A stretch of DNA of 64,000 nucleotides from an uncultured Actinomycetes bacterium (GCA_963706025.1 CAVPLM010000020.1:58293-122292); one strand, 5' to 3'; positions 35,972-46,834 are shown, counted from the first letter of the stretch. Numbers and translations: made by a program. The notes: generated by a model not told the origin, from the sequence alone.

Positions 35972-37771
35972 ATGTCAGTCTCCCTCTATCGCAAGTACCG
36001 GCCGGCACGCTTCGAGGACATCATCGGGCAGGACCACGTGGCCCGCACTCTCGTCAACGCCATCAATCAGGACCGGGTCAGTCACGCTTACCTGTTCAGC
36101 GGTCCGCGCGGGACCGGCAAGACCTCCACCGCCAAGATCCTGGCCATGGCCCTCAACTGCGACGCCGGGCAGGGCAAGGCCACTCCGGCACCCGATGGGA
36201 CCTGCCCCCACTGCGAGGCCATCCGCCGGGGAAGCGCGATGGACGTGGTGGAGATGGACGCCGCCTCCCACCGCGGCATCGACGATATCCGCGATCTCCG
36301 CGACAAGGTGCACTTCGCTCCGGTGGAAGGCCGCATGAAGGTCTACATCGTGGACGAGGTCCACATGCTCACGCCCGAGGCGTTCAACGCCCTGCTCAAG
36401 ACCCTGGAGGAGCCTCCGGCGCACGCCGTCTTCGTGCTGGCGACCACCGAGCCGCACAAGGTGCCGGCCACCATCCTGTCGCGCTGCCAGCGCTTCGATT
36501 TCCGCCGGCCTTCTATCACGGAGGTGGTGAGCGTCTTGAACTCGGTGTCCGCGCAGGAAGGCATCGAGGTGTCCGAGACGGCGCTGACGGTCATCGCCCG
36601 GGCTTCCGGAGGCAGCTTCCGCGACGCCATCGGTACGCTCGATCAGCTGGCCACCTATTCCGGCGGCGCCATCAGCCTGCAGGAGACTCTCGACATCCTG
36701 GGGATCGTCCGCCACGATCTGCTGTTCGAGCTCGTGGACCTCGTGCACGAGGGCGACACCCAGGGAGCGCTGCTTTTCGTCGAGCAGCTGAGCCAGAGCG
36801 GGACCGACTACGTCCAGTTCATGAAGGATCTTCTGGGCCACCTGCGAGACCTCTATGTGACGATGCACGCGGCCGAGACTCCCGCCAGCATCGCCCTGCC
36901 CGAGGAGCAACTGGCCAGGCTCCACAGCCAAGCGAAGCGGGTTCCCACCGCCCAGGCGGTGCTCTTCATCGATCTGATCGGCGAAGCCCTGCGGGCCGTC
37001 CGCCAGGGATCCGACCCGCGGCTCGAGCTCGAGCTGACCCTGATCAAGATGACCGCCCTGGGGCCGACCGGCGCCGCCGGATTGGGGACGGCATCCGGCC
37101 GGGCGATCGACCGCAGTCCTGGGATCGAGCAGGCTCCCGAACCGAGGGTCGCTGCCCCGCGCCCCGGGACCGCCGCGCCGTCGACCGACGCGCCGTCGAC
37201 CGAGCCGCCGTCGACCGAGCCCGCGCCGTCGACCGAGGAAGCGCCGGCGGTAGAAGAGGCGCCGTGGGCAGAGCCTACCTCGCTCGTCGAGGAAGCGACG
37301 TCGGCCGAGCCCGCCCCCTCCCCTGGGGGAGCCCCGCCCAGCGAGGAAGTGCCCGGGTCGCCGGCGCCCGAGTCCCGGACGATGCCGGAGGGACCCGCCA
37401 CCTTCAAGCCGGACATCGACCACCTCCGCCGAGCCTGGCCTCTCGTCCTCGAAGCTGTGAAGAAGCGACAGGCCGGCTTGTCTGCTGTGCTCACCGAGGG
37501 ACGCCTCGAAAGCCTCGAGGACGACGAACTGGTCATCAGATTCCCCGCCGGCTACAGCTTCCAGACTGATCAGGTGTCTCGAGGCGACAATCCGCGGGTC
37601 CTTTCCGAGGTCCTGCGCGAGATCACCGGAAGGGATCTGCGCATCACCACCCGCATTGCCGTAGAGCCGGTCCCCCCGGCGGCCGACAGAGAGGAAGATG
37701 CTAGAATCCTGAGCAAAGACGAACTCATCCGGGTGCTTCAGCAGGAGTTCGACGCCCGAGAGATCGACTGA
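35972..37771 (+). CDS. dnaX: DNA polymerase III subunits gamma/tau
   Basis: AAGGAG RBS. MSVSLYRKYRPARFEDIIGQDHV..., Walker A GPRGTGKTS, DEVHML, Zn module C..C.CPHC, SRC motif ILSRCQRF and a Pro/Ala/Glu-rich tau linker. The track ORF from 35774 overlaps the SRP RNA and I reject its first 66 codons. Confidence 0.95.
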   Translation: MSVSLYRKYRPARFEDIIGQDHVARTLVNAINQDRVSHAYLFSGPRGTGKTSTAKILAMALNCDAGQGKATPAPDGTCPHCEAIRRGSAMDVVEMDAASHRGIDDIRDLRDKVHFAPVEGRMKVYIVDEVHMLTPEAFNALLKTLEEPPAHAVFVLATTEPHKVPATILSRCQRFDFRRPSITEVVSVLNSVSAQEGIEVSETALTVIARASGGSFRDAIGTLDQLATYSGGAISLQETLDILGIVRHDLLFELVDLVHEGDTQGALLFVEQLSQSGTDYVQFMKDLLGHLRDLYVTMHAAETPASIALPEEQLARLHSQAKRVPTAQAVLFIDLIGEALRAVRQGSDPRLELELTLIKMTALGPTGAAGLGTASGRAIDRSPGIEQAPEPRVAAPRPGTAAPSTDAPSTEPPSTEPAPSTEEAPAVEEAPWAEPTSLVEEATSAEPAPSPGGAPPSEEVPGSPAPESRTMPEGPATFKPDIDHLRRAWPLVLEAVKKRQAGLSAVLTEGRLESLEDDELVIRFPAGYSFQTDQVSRGDNPRVLSEVLREITGRDLRITTRIAVEPVPPAADREEDARILSKDELIRVLQQEFDAREID

Positions 37772-37806
37772 GGGGCCTGCGCGCCAGACGAGCCGAGGAG
37801 AGGCCG

Positions 37807-38130
37807 GTGAACCCGAACCCGAACTACCAGAAGATGATGAAGCAGGTCCAGAAGATGCAGGCCGACATGGCCAAGATGCAGGAAGAGCTGGCCGACGAGG
37901 TGATCGAGGCCTCCGCCGGTGGAGGCATGGTGACGGTGCAGGTCACGGGGGCAGTGGAGCTCAAGAGCATCAAGATCGATCCGACGGCAGTGGATCCCGA
38001 GGACGTGGAGATGCTCGAGGACATGATCATGGCTGCCACCAACGAAGCCCTGCGTTCGGCGCAGGAGTTGGCCAACAGGAAGCTGGGCGGCATCACCTCG
38101 GGCCTCAATATCCCCGGTCTGCCCTTCTGA
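37807..38130 (+). CDS. ybaB: YbaB/EbfC-family nucleoid-associated protein
   Basis: 107 aa. ...MMKQVQKMQADMAKMQEEL...GGGMVTVQVTG...IKIDP.... GAGGAGAGG RBS and GTG start. Confidence 0.9.
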   Translation: MNPNPNYQKMMKQVQKMQADMAKMQEELADEVIEASAGGGMVTVQVTGAVELKSIKIDPTAVDPEDVEMLEDMIMAATNEALRSAQELANRKLGGITSGLNIPGLPF

Positions 38131-38184
38131 TCCGGAGCAGTCGGCTCCCCCGGTCTGCAGTCTCCGGCTCCCAGCGACACACAC

Positions 38185-38789
38185 ATGTTCAGCCCCACCG
38201 TCCAGAAGCTCATCGACGAGTTGAGCAAGCTCCCCGGTGTCGGCCCCAAGACCGCTCAGCGTCTTGCCTTCCATCTCCTGAAGCTTCCCCCGAAGAGGCG
38301 TTGCCACTGGCGCAGGCGCTCATCGACGTCAAGGAGAGCGTCCGCTTCTGCAACAGTTGCTTCAATCTCACCGAGCGCGAACTCTGCGACATCTGTCTCG
38401 ACGCGCGCCGCGACACCACCATCATCTGTGTGGTGGAGGAGCCGGGTGACATCATCAGCATCGAGCGCACACACGAGTACCGAGGGCTCTACCACGTTCT
38501 CGGAGGGGCGCTCTCCCCGCTGGACGGAGTCGGGCCGGAGAAGCTTCACCTGGAGGAGCTGTTCGAGCGGGTGCGTGGGGGAGAGGTACGAGAGGTCATC
38601 GTGGCCACGAACCCGAACATGGCCGGAGAAGCCACGGCCCTGTACATCGCCGAGGAGCTCCGTCCCTCGACTGCTGCGGGAACTCTCCGCATCACCCGGC
38701 CTGCCGCCGGTCTGCCGATGGGGGGCGACCTCGAGTATGCCGATGAAGTCACCTTGGGCCGGGCGTTGATCGGGCGGCGCGAGCTCTGA
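38185..38789 (+). CDS. recR: recombination protein RecR (1-nt frameshift about 38292)
   Basis: The N-terminal Hh[36 protein letters not shown] is in one frame. After the C5 run (cttcccccgaag) the protein continues as [35 protein letters not shown] (Zn finger), with Toprim [14 protein letters not shown] and ...[16 protein letters not shown]. Confidence 0.9.
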
Positions 38790-38825
38790 CCGGTCGGCGG
38801 GCGCGCTGACCGATCGGCGGGCGCG
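38786..38825. repeat. 2 x 20-bp tandem duplication beginning at the recR stop codon
   Basis: cTGAccggtcggcgggcgcg / cTGAccgatcggcgggcgcg, 19/20 identical. Confidence 0.95.
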
Positions 38826-38925
38826 ACCGGGGACGTAGCCGTGCGGACGTCGACCAAGACGCGCGAATCTGGGAAATCCGTTAGAATTCGGCGGTCGACA
38901 AACTCAGACCGGAGCACTGATCCAG

Positions 38926-40272
38926 GTGGCGAACGAAGAGGGGTCGAAGCACCAGGGCGCGGCAGCAGCGGACGCTGCTGACGAGCAATATGTCGTCGTC
39001 GGCAGTCCGGAGCGGAAGGCCGAACGCACCAACGTCGTGGTCATGAAATTCGGGGGCAGCTCGGTGGCCGACGCCACCTGCATCAAACGGGTGGCGAACA
39101 TCATCGTCGACGCCCGCAAAGCCGGCCACCCCGTTGTCGCCGTGGTCTCCGCGCGCGGCGACACCACTGACGAACTGATCGAGATGGCCAAGGAGATCTC
39201 CGACGATCCCCCGGCCCGGGAGATGGACATGCTCCTCTCCACCGGGGAACGGATATCTGCGGCGCTGCTGGCGATGGCCATCCACGTTCTGGGCCACGAC
39301 GCCATCTCCCTCACCGGCTCTCAAGCCGGCATCGTCACCGACACGGTGCACACCAAGGCCAAGATCCTCGACATCAAGCCCAACCGCATCCGCAAGGCCC
39401 TGGATGAGAACAAGATCGTGTTGGTGGCCGGCTTCCAGGGCGTATCCACCGCCCAGGACGTGACCACGTTGGGACGCGGCGGCTCCGACACCACCGCGGT
39501 GGCCCTGGCTGCCGCTCTCGGGGCGGAGGTCTGTGAGATCTACACCGACGTGGAGGGGGTCTTCACTACCGATCCCCGCATCGTGCCCGAAGCACGCAAG
39601 CTGGACACCATCTCCAATGAGGAGCTGCTCGAGCTGGCGGCGAGCGGCGCTAAGGTGATGATGGCCCGCAGCGTCGAAGTGGCCCGCCGCTACGACGTGC
39701 CGCTGCACATTCGCTCGAGCTTCACCACTGCCCCCGGTACCTGGATAGGACAGGATGATTCAAGCATGGAACAGGCGATAATCTCCGGTGTCACCTATGC
39801 GCTCGACGACGCCAAGGTGACCATCCACGATCTCCCGGACGAGGTGGGCGTCGCCGCCAAGGTCTTCACCGCCTTGGCCAACGCCCACATCAACCTCGAT
39901 GTGATCATTCAGAACGTCTCTGAAGGCGGGATCACCGACATCTCGTTCACCGCTTCCGAAGGCGACCTGCCGAAGATCGCCCGAGTTCTCGGCGACCTTC
40001 AAAGCGAGTTGGGATTCACCTCGCTCGATACCGACAAGGAAGTGGCCAAGGTGACGCTGGTCGGTGCGGGCATGAAGACCTACCCCGGTGTGGCCGCCAA
40101 GATGTTCGAGGTCCTGGCCGAGAACGGCATCAACATCGAGATGATCTCCACCAGCACCATCAAGATCAGCTGCGTCATCCGCAAGCAGCACGTGGAAACC
40201 GCCGTCAAGGCCCTGCACGCGGCCTTCAAGCTGCACAAGGGCATGGTCAGCCGGGAAGAGGTTTTCAGCTAG
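38926..40272 (+). CDS. ask: aspartate kinase
   Basis: ...[13 protein letters not shown]..., ...[13 protein letters not shown]... and two C-terminal ACT domains. The N-terminal about 38 aa (GTG 38926) are unusual and the start may be nearer the MKFGGSS motif. An in-frame internal ATG at 39766 could encode a beta subunit. Confidence 0.9.
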   Translation: MANEEGSKHQGAAAADAADEQYVVVGSPERKAERTNVVVMKFGGSSVADATCIKRVANIIVDARKAGHPVVAVVSARGDTTDELIEMAKEISDDPPAREMDMLLSTGERISAALLAMAIHVLGHDAISLTGSQAGIVTDTVHTKAKILDIKPNRIRKALDENKIVLVAGFQGVSTAQDVTTLGRGGSDTTAVALAAALGAEVCEIYTDVEGVFTTDPRIVPEARKLDTISNEELLELAASGAKVMMARSVEVARRYDVPLHIRSSFTTAPGTWIGQDDSSMEQAIISGVTYALDDAKVTIHDLPDEVGVAAKVFTALANAHINLDVIIQNVSEGGITDISFTASEGDLPKIARVLGDLQSELGFTSLDTDKEVAKVTLVGAGMKTYPGVAAKMFEVLAENGINIEMISTSTIKISCVIRKQHVETAVKALHAAFKLHKGMVSREEVFS

Positions 40273-40304
40273 CCCCATCCGAGGCGCCACAGGAAAGGGG
40301 CGAT

Positions 40305-41252
40305 GTGGAAGCGATCGTCGTCGAGAAGCTCCGCAAGCAGTTCGATCCGCCCAAGGGTCCGGTCGCCGTCGACGACGTGTCTTTCCAGATCGACGAAGGC
40401 GAGATCTTCAGCCTTCTCGGTCCCAACGGCGCCGGCAAGACCACCACCATCTCCATCCTTTCTTGCCTGCTCAGACCCGACAGCGGAGAGGCGCGGGTGG
40501 GTGGGTTCTCGGTCACGCGCGAAGCGGATGAGGTCAAACGACTCATCGGGGTAGTTCCTCAGGACATCGCCCTCTACGAAGACCTGAGCGGTCGAGAGAA
40601 CCTGCTGTTCTGGGGCCGGATGTACGGGATGAGCGGTGCGGAGCTGAACGAGCGGGTCGATGAGGTCCTCGAGCTGATCGGCCTCGTCGACAGGCAGAAG
40701 GACCGCGTCGAGAAGTACTCGGGCGGCATGAAGCGCCGGGTGAACATCGGCGCCGCCTTGCTGCACAAGCCGCGCTTTCTCTACCTCGACGAACCGACCG
40801 TGGGCATCGACCCGCAGAGCCGCCGCTCGATCCTCGACGGAGTCAAGGATCTCAACGCCGCGGGCGTGACCGTCCTCTACACCACCCACTACATGGAAGA
40901 AGCCCAGGAGCTCTCGGACCGCATCGGGATCATGGATCAGGGAGTCATGGTCGCCGTGGGCACGCAGGCCGACCTGGTGCGGATGGTGGGAGAGCAGACC
41001 CGGATCGACCTGGCCCTCGATCGCCACGGGGCGGCCCTCGCCGGCCAGTGGCGTGAGTTCCCCGGCGTATCGACAGTCTCGGAGCCCGAGGACGGACGCG
41101 TGTGGCTGCTGGTGGACGATGCGAACACGCTGATGCCGCGGCTCTTCGACAGCGCCCGGACGGCGGGTGCCCGGATCACCGAGATCAATCTGGCCGAACC
41201 CAACCTGGAGATGGTCTTCCTGCACCTCACCGGTCGCGCGCTGAGGGACTAG
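40305..41252 (+). CDS. ABC transporter ATP-binding protein (ABC-2 exporter type)
   Basis: Walker A GPNGAGKTT, signature YSGGMKRRVNIG, Walker B FLYLDEPTVGID. GGAAAGGGG RBS and GTG start. Confidence 0.9.
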   Translation: MEAIVVEKLRKQFDPPKGPVAVDDVSFQIDEGEIFSLLGPNGAGKTTTISILSCLLRPDSGEARVGGFSVTREADEVKRLIGVVPQDIALYEDLSGRENLLFWGRMYGMSGAELNERVDEVLELIGLVDRQKDRVEKYSGGMKRRVNIGAALLHKPRFLYLDEPTVGIDPQSRRSILDGVKDLNAAGVTVLYTTHYMEEAQELSDRIGIMDQGVMVAVGTQADLVRMVGEQTRIDLALDRHGAALAGQWREFPGVSTVSEPEDGRVWLLVDDANTLMPRLFDSARTAGARITEINLAEPNLEMVFLHLTGRALRD

Positions 41253-41271
41253 ACAGGCCAAGAGGTCGAGC

Positions 41272-42512
41272 ATGCGGGCACTCAGCATCGCCTGGAAGGA
41301 CGTTCGCCACGTCTATCGCGACGTGGCCGGTCTGGCGATGATGCTGGTGGCGCCGCTTGTGCTGTCCTTCGCCCTAGGGGCTGCCTTCGGCGCCGGCGAC
41401 AGCTTCTCCATCCCTCCGGTCAAGACTGTCGTGGTCGACCAGGACGGGGGCGCCGGGGCGGGGGCTCCCGCCGCCGGCGCCCTGATCGTCGACGCACTTG
41501 GCGGCCCCGAAATCGCCGACCTCTTGACCGTCACGCGAGCCGATACGCCCGAAGCAGCGCGCGCCGACGTCGATAGCGGCGAGGCCGGCGTGGCCGTCAT
41601 CATCCCGCAGGGACTCTCGACGGCGCTCATGGGTACGGGCTCGGCCCAGGTGGAGGTGTACAAGGATCCAACGCTCGATATCGGGCCGGCCATCGTCACG
41701 TCGGTGGTCCAGTCGGTGGTGCAGTCGCTGGACGGGGCGCGGGCCGCGGCCCTCTCCTCCGTTCAGCTGGCAACTTCTCTCGGCGTGACCGATCCCACCG
41801 AGCTTTCCGGCCTCGCCGGTAGCACCGCCGAGGCGTTCGGGGCCAAGGCTGGGGCTACCGCTCCCATCACACTGGAGGAGCGCGCCCCGGTCACGCCGGG
41901 GGCCGAGGCCCCCAAACGGCCGAACGTGGCCAGTCAGGTCCTTCTGGGCATGATGGTCTTCTTCATGCTCTTCGGTGCCGCCACTCCCGCGCGCAGCATC
42001 CTCGACGAGCACCGGGAGGGCACGCTCGCCCGGCTTTTCACCACTCCGACATCGCGGAGTGTGATCCTTGGGGGCAAGTACATCGCCGTGTTCCTGGTGG
42101 TGCTGATCCAGTCGACCATTCTTCTGTTGCCGGCCGTTTTCTCCTGGGGGCGGACTGGGGAGAGCTGGGGCCCGTGATCGCTCTCACCCTGACCGGCGCG
42201 CTCTGCGCCGCCTCTCTGGGACTCGTGACTGTCTCGTTCGCCAAGACCCCAGCCCAGGCGGGCGCCGTGAGCGCGGCCATCTTCGTCTTCCTGGGCCTCA
42301 TCAGCGGCAACTTCGTGGGATCGTTCACCATCGAGGGGCCGTTCGCCACCGCCCGCCGGGTCAGCCCCCTGGGATGGTTGCTGGAGGGCTGGGGGAACGT
42401 CCTCTACGGAGGCTCCTGGGGTAGCATCGCGCTCCCCCTTCTGGCGGTCTTGGCCTTCACCCTGGTGTTTTTCATCGTCGCCTCGCTCTTCTTCCGGAGG
42501 CGGTACGCATGA
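41272..42512 (+). CDS. ABC-2 family permease (frameshift about 42129)
   Basis: N-terminal TM helix, a large extracytoplasmic loop and then TM helices. Frame A ends artificially at 42177. Frame B continues ...AGRFLLGADWGELGPVIALTLTGALCAASLG... to 42512. Confidence 0.75.
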
Positions 42513-43699
42513 GACGAGCATGGCGTATCGCCTCCAAAGAGCTTCTTCAGACCCGGCGAGACCGGCTGGCGGCGCTCTTCACCCTGGTCCTTCCCGTGAT
42601 ATTCACCGTCGTGCTGGGGATCCTCATCGGTGGGTTCGAAGACGCGGCCGATCGTCTCCCGGTAGCGGTGGTCAACGTGGACGGCAGTCCGGCGGCCCAG
42701 CAGCTCATCGATAAGCTCCAGGCCTCGCCGCTCCTCGAGCTCGAGATCACGACCGAAGCCGAGGTCGATACCGAGGTCCTCGACCAGGAGGTGGCGGCCG
42801 CCGTCGTCATACCTGCCGGCTACGGGGCCGCCATCGACGCAGGCTTGCCGGCCTACGTTTCCTTCATCCGGGTAGAGACATCCAGCGGTGCTCAATCGGT
42901 CCGGACGGTGGTGCAGAAGGCCGTCTCGGAGCTCAACGTCGGCATGCTGGCCGCCGAGGCGGCGGCCGAGCAGGTCTCGATCAAGACCGGCCGGCGCCTT
43001 GACGACAACCTACTGGAGTCGGCCCGCGCGTCCGCCGAGTCCTTCCTGGCAACCCCGGCGGCCACGGTCGACGTGGCCGACGGCGGCGGCTCCACCGTGG
43101 ACGATGCCACCGGCTTCGACCAATCCTCACCCGGCTCGATGGTCAACTGGGTCCTCTTCAGCCTCCTCACGGTAGCTACCGGGGTCGCCTGGGAGCGGCG
43201 CCGAGGCCTTCTGCGCCGGCTGAGTGCCGCAGGAGTGGGCGGCACTGAGATGATCGGCGGCAAGATGATCGCCATGTTGATCATCACCTTCGTCCAGCAA
43301 TTGCTGCTCGTCCTGCTGGGTCAGTTCGCCTTCGGGGTCGACTATTTCAACAGCCCCCTCGCCCTGTTCATGACCATGATCTCCCTCTCGGTGTTCGCTT
43401 CCACTCTGGGCCTCCTGATCTCCTCGGTCTTCCGCTCGGAGCAGGCCGTCATCGCCACCACGGTCATATCCGCGCAGCTCCTGGCCGCACTGGGGGGAGC
43501 CTGGTTCCCCCTGGAGATAACCAGTGAGTCTTTCAACAGGGTCGCCCACTTCCTGCCCACCGCCTGGGTGATGGACTCGCTGCACGGCATCATCCTCAAG
43601 GACTGGGGAACCGCTGACGTGCTCTTTCCGCTGGGGATCGTGTGGATCTGGATCGTGGTGCTGTTCGCGTCCGCCGTGTGGCGCTTCCGCCCGGAATAG
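42509..43699 (+). CDS. ABC-2 family permease (second subunit)
   Basis: Same architecture as the preceding gene and a 4-nt start/stop overlap with it. Confidence 0.8.
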   Translation: MRRAWRIASKELLQTRRDRLAALFTLVLPVIFTVVLGILIGGFEDAADRLPVAVVNVDGSPAAQQLIDKLQASPLLELEITTEAEVDTEVLDQEVAAAVVIPAGYGAAIDAGLPAYVSFIRVETSSGAQSVRTVVQKAVSELNVGMLAAEAAAEQVSIKTGRRLDDNLLESARASAESFLATPAATVDVADGGGSTVDDATGFDQSSPGSMVNWVLFSLLTVATGVAWERRRGLLRRLSAAGVGGTEMIGGKMIAMLIITFVQQLLLVLLGQFAFGVDYFNSPLALFMTMISLSVFASTLGLLISSVFRSEQAVIATTVISAQLLAALGGAWFPLEITSESFNRVAHFLPTAWVMDSLHGIILKDWGTADVLFPLGIVWIWIVVLFASAVWRFRPE

Positions 43700-43712
43700 A
43701 TACAATCCCCGC

Positions 43713-45050
43713 ATGGATCCACTGCACGAGCTCACTTCCATCATCGAGGACCTGAACCAGGCCGGCTCGTTCAAGGACGCCGCGCAGCGGCTCACCAGCT
43801 GGGCCCGGACCCTGACCGGATGCCAGGCCGCCATTCTGCGCCTTAGAGGGGAGACCGAGGGCGACCCCTGGGTGGCCTTGTGCGCCCTCGACGGTCCCTC
43901 GGCGTCGTTCGTCCGCGACGAGACGATGGTCGGTGAGTCCGACTGTATCTGCGGACGGGTGGCGACCGGAGCCGTCGATCCCTCCCTCCCCTTCTACACC
44001 GGGGGAGGCTCCTTCCATTGGGGACGGATGGACTCGTTCTCAGAGGACTTCTCCCCCGAGCAGGTGGGTCCCCTTCGCGGCCGCTGCATGGAGGAAGGGT
44101 ATAGCTCCCTGGCGGTCTTCCCACTGCGGGCGGGGGACACCCTGGTAGGCTCCCTCCACCTTGCCGACTCCCGGCCGGACCGGTTCGCCGGAGCGGTGGA
44201 AGTGATCGAGTCCGCCTGCAGGCTGGCGGGAGATATCCTCCTGCGCCACGAAGCTTCGGAACGAGAGCACGCGTTGCTCGAGGCCGTCCAGTCGGCCCTC
44301 TTACCACCCGTCCCTCCCACGGTGGAAGGCTTGAGCGTTGGGGTAAGCTTCGAATCGGCTACCGAGATGGCCCGCCTGGGGGGCGACTTCTACGACGTGC
44401 TCGACCTGGGCGACGCCGGGGTCCTGATCCTGGTCGGGGATGCCTCCGGCAAAGGAGTGGGCGCAGCCGCGAGCGCAGCCCGAGCCCGCTACGCCCTGGA
44501 AGCCCACGCGAGCCTGTCTTCCGACCCGGCCTCGTTCATGGGCATGACGAACGAGTCGCTTCTGCGACTGCTGCCGCCGGAGCAGTTCGTGACCGCCGTC
44601 GCCTGCCTGGTGGATCGCCGGTCGGGACACGTGACCACGTGCCTGGCCGGGCACCCGTCACCCCTCCGGCTCACCGCAGGGGACGAGTCCGACAACCCGG
44701 GGACCGAGGTCGACGCTCCCCCCAACGCTCCTCTGGGCCTCTTCGCCGATTTCCGTTTTGAGGAGAAGACCGACAGACTGACTCAGGGCGATGTCCTCCT
44801 CATCTACACCGATGGGGTGACCGATTCCCGGCGCGGCACTGCCTTCTTCGGGTCGGAGGGCGTGATCCGGATACTGAAGTCACTCCATCATGAGGTTCGC
44901 GCAGACGCGCCCCATCCCGAAACCCTCGCCCATTCCGAACACATCGCCCGAACGGTCCGCTCTGCCGCGGCCGGCTACCACGATCCCTCTCTGCCCGGAG
45001 ACGATCGTTTGGTGATGGCCATCCGTTTGGATGGCGAGGCAGAGGAATAG
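43713..45050 (+). CDS. GAF-domain PP2C-type (SpoIIE/RsbU-like) protein phosphatase
   Basis: N-terminal GAF-like domain, then PPM motifs ...GGDFYDV..., ...LVGDASGKGVGAA..., ...LAGHPSPL... and ...LLIYTDGVTDS.... Confidence 0.85.
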   Translation: MDPLHELTSIIEDLNQAGSFKDAAQRLTSWARTLTGCQAAILRLRGETEGDPWVALCALDGPSASFVRDETMVGESDCICGRVATGAVDPSLPFYTGGGSFHWGRMDSFSEDFSPEQVGPLRGRCMEEGYSSLAVFPLRAGDTLVGSLHLADSRPDRFAGAVEVIESACRLAGDILLRHEASEREHALLEAVQSALLPPVPPTVEGLSVGVSFESATEMARLGGDFYDVLDLGDAGVLILVGDASGKGVGAAASAARARYALEAHASLSSDPASFMGMTNESLLRLLPPEQFVTAVACLVDRRSGHVTTCLAGHPSPLRLTAGDESDNPGTEVDAPPNAPLGLFADFRFEEKTDRLTQGDVLLIYTDGVTDSRRGTAFFGSEGVIRILKSLHHEVRADAPHPETLAHSEHIARTVRSAAAGYHDPSLPGDDRLVMAIRLDGEAEE

Positions 45051-46810
45051 ATACGTGGATCTGGACGAGGAAAGCTTCGAGACCATCTCTCCCGAGGTCG
45101 AGCCGGGAATGAACTTGATCTCGGCCGACTTCGACCTGGTCATGGTCAATCGGACGAACGAACGCCTCTACGGCAAGTCCATGGTCGCGCTGCTGGGCAA
45201 GAAGTGCTACAGCGAATTCGAGCGGCGGAACGCGCCCTGCCCGCACTGCCCCGGGAGACTCGCTCTAGCTACCGGGCAAGCTCAGGAAGCAGAGACCGAA
45301 GGGGTGCGCGACGACGGGAGCCGGTTCGCCGCCCGGATCCGTGCCCATCCGGTCATGGGACCCGATAACAGGCCAACCGGCTTCATCGAAGTCGTGGAGG
45401 ACATCACCGAACAGAAACGCATGGACAGCCTCGCCCGGATAGACGCCGACCTGGTCTCGGCGCTGGCGACGGCTCAGAATACCCGGAAGGCCCTGCGCGA
45501 GACCCTGGAGGCTGCTCTGCGGGTGGAAGGCATCGATTGTGGATGCGTGTTCTTGCTCGGTCAGGCCGGGGCGCAGCCCACTTTGGTGGTCCAACGGAAC
45601 CTGACCCCGGAGTGCCTGGGGGCGCTCGCCTGGCTGGTACCGGGATCGGCGGCCGCCTCGAGCGACGGGGCCGAGTCAAGCACGACGCCCGCTTCGAGCA
45701 CCGCGGCTGCTTCGAGCACCGCGGCCGGTCCGACTGCCGCGGCCGATCCGACTGCCGCGGCCGGTCCGAGCAGCATGCCTACCGGATCGCCCCCTTCCCT
45801 GGCCGGCATCGAGGGCGCGCCCCGCGCACTGGCCGTGATCCCCATACTCTATCGAAGCCGGCCGGTGGCAGTCATGGCTGTGGGTACGTCGATCTATCCG
45901 GATATCCCGTCCACCCTCCGTGCCGGACTGAAGGGCTTGGGCGCGACCGCCGGCAATGCGATCACGCGTATCCGGGCCGAGCAGTCACGCGGCGACGCCG
46001 TGGCCGATCTCGAGACCGTCATCATCAACGCGCCTGTGGCGGCGTGGACCCTGGATGCCGCCGGTCGCGTCACCATGTGGAACAAGGCTGCCGAGAAGCT
46101 GTTCGGCTGGAAGGCTTCGGAGATACTCCATAGCTCCTCTCCCTTCCCCGAAACCGGCCGAGTGGCGAAGTCCGGTCTGTCCCCCGCCTCCCTCACGTAT
46201 GAGACCTCCCTGGTCACGAAAGACGGCCGCCCAGTCGAGGTCCGCCTTGTGGTCTCAGCGTTCCGGGATGTGGTAGGCAGCGCCTCCACCACCATCGTCA
46301 TGGCCGAAGACCTCTCACTCGGGAAACGTCTGGCGGAGTTGGAGGGACAACTGCTTTCACATGGACATGACCCCTCCGTAGACACCCCGATGCAGCGGAC
46401 AGCCGGCCAGGTGGACGCCGCCTCGGCGGCCACCCCCTCTGCGGCGATCCTCGTCATCGACGCCGACGAGCCCCGGGGGCGCGAGTTGGTCGAGATCCTC
46501 GGTTCGTTCGGCCATACGGCTTTGAGATGCGACTCGGTGGATGAAGCCGCGGTCGACATGACAGACTGCCGCGGGCGAGGGCGCAGCCTTCGGTCTGGCC
46601 ATCGTCGATCTCATCGCTCCGGACGGCACCAGCGCTCTGGATCAGAAGGCCGCCCTGCGCAGTCTGGGGTTGACCGGGCCGGTGATCGTCAGCAGCGACT
46701 CCGAAGTCCGTGGCCACGAGCAGCACGGCTTCGCCGCGGCCGTGAGACGGCCTTACAGCGCACAGGCGGTGGCCCAGTCAGTCAGGCAAGCCTTGGGCGA
46801 CACTGCCTGA
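45031..46810 (+). CDS. PAS-GAF-PAS sensor protein with C-terminal receiver-like domain (frameshift about 46560)
   Basis: The first PAS has a Cys-rich insert (...KKCYSEFERRNAPCPHCPG...). A GAF-like domain follows, interrupted by an Ala/Ser/Thr tandem-repeat linker. The second PAS reads ...INAPVAAWTLDAAGRVTMWNKAAEKLFGW.... The receiver starts ...AAILVIDADEPRGREL... and continues after the shift as ...FGLAIVDLIAPDGTSALD...PVIVSS...AAVRRPYS... to TGA 46810. The track ORF runs on out of frame to 47019. An alternative start is GTG 45055. Confidence 0.7.
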
Positions 46811-46834
46811 GGCCTCACGCGGCCGGAGACAGAA

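Noticed and set aside
35975-37423. 482-aa ORF antisense to dnaX (and similar long antisense or out-of-frame ORFs at 2601-3464, 4030-4755, 11934-12983, 13262-13954, 40269-41288, 50645-52066, 53705-54931, 55227-56456, 63158-63844)
   Set aside because: All lie opposite to, or out of frame with, genes carrying unambiguous conserved motifs. Their products are low-complexity R/G/P/D-rich strings. Stop-codon scarcity in high-GC DNA explains their length.
35972-37771. Programmed -1 frameshift site in dnaX producing gamma
   Set aside because: There is no A-rich slippery heptamer (A AAA AAG type) or equivalent followed by a stem-loop in the relevant region. Many Gram-positive bacteria make only tau.
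38790-38925. Lysine (L-box) riboswitch or T-box leader upstream of ask
   Set aside because: The spacer is only 136 nt and is dominated by a 20-bp duplication. I cannot find the conserved L-box helices or a T-box specifier and terminator/antiterminator arrangement.
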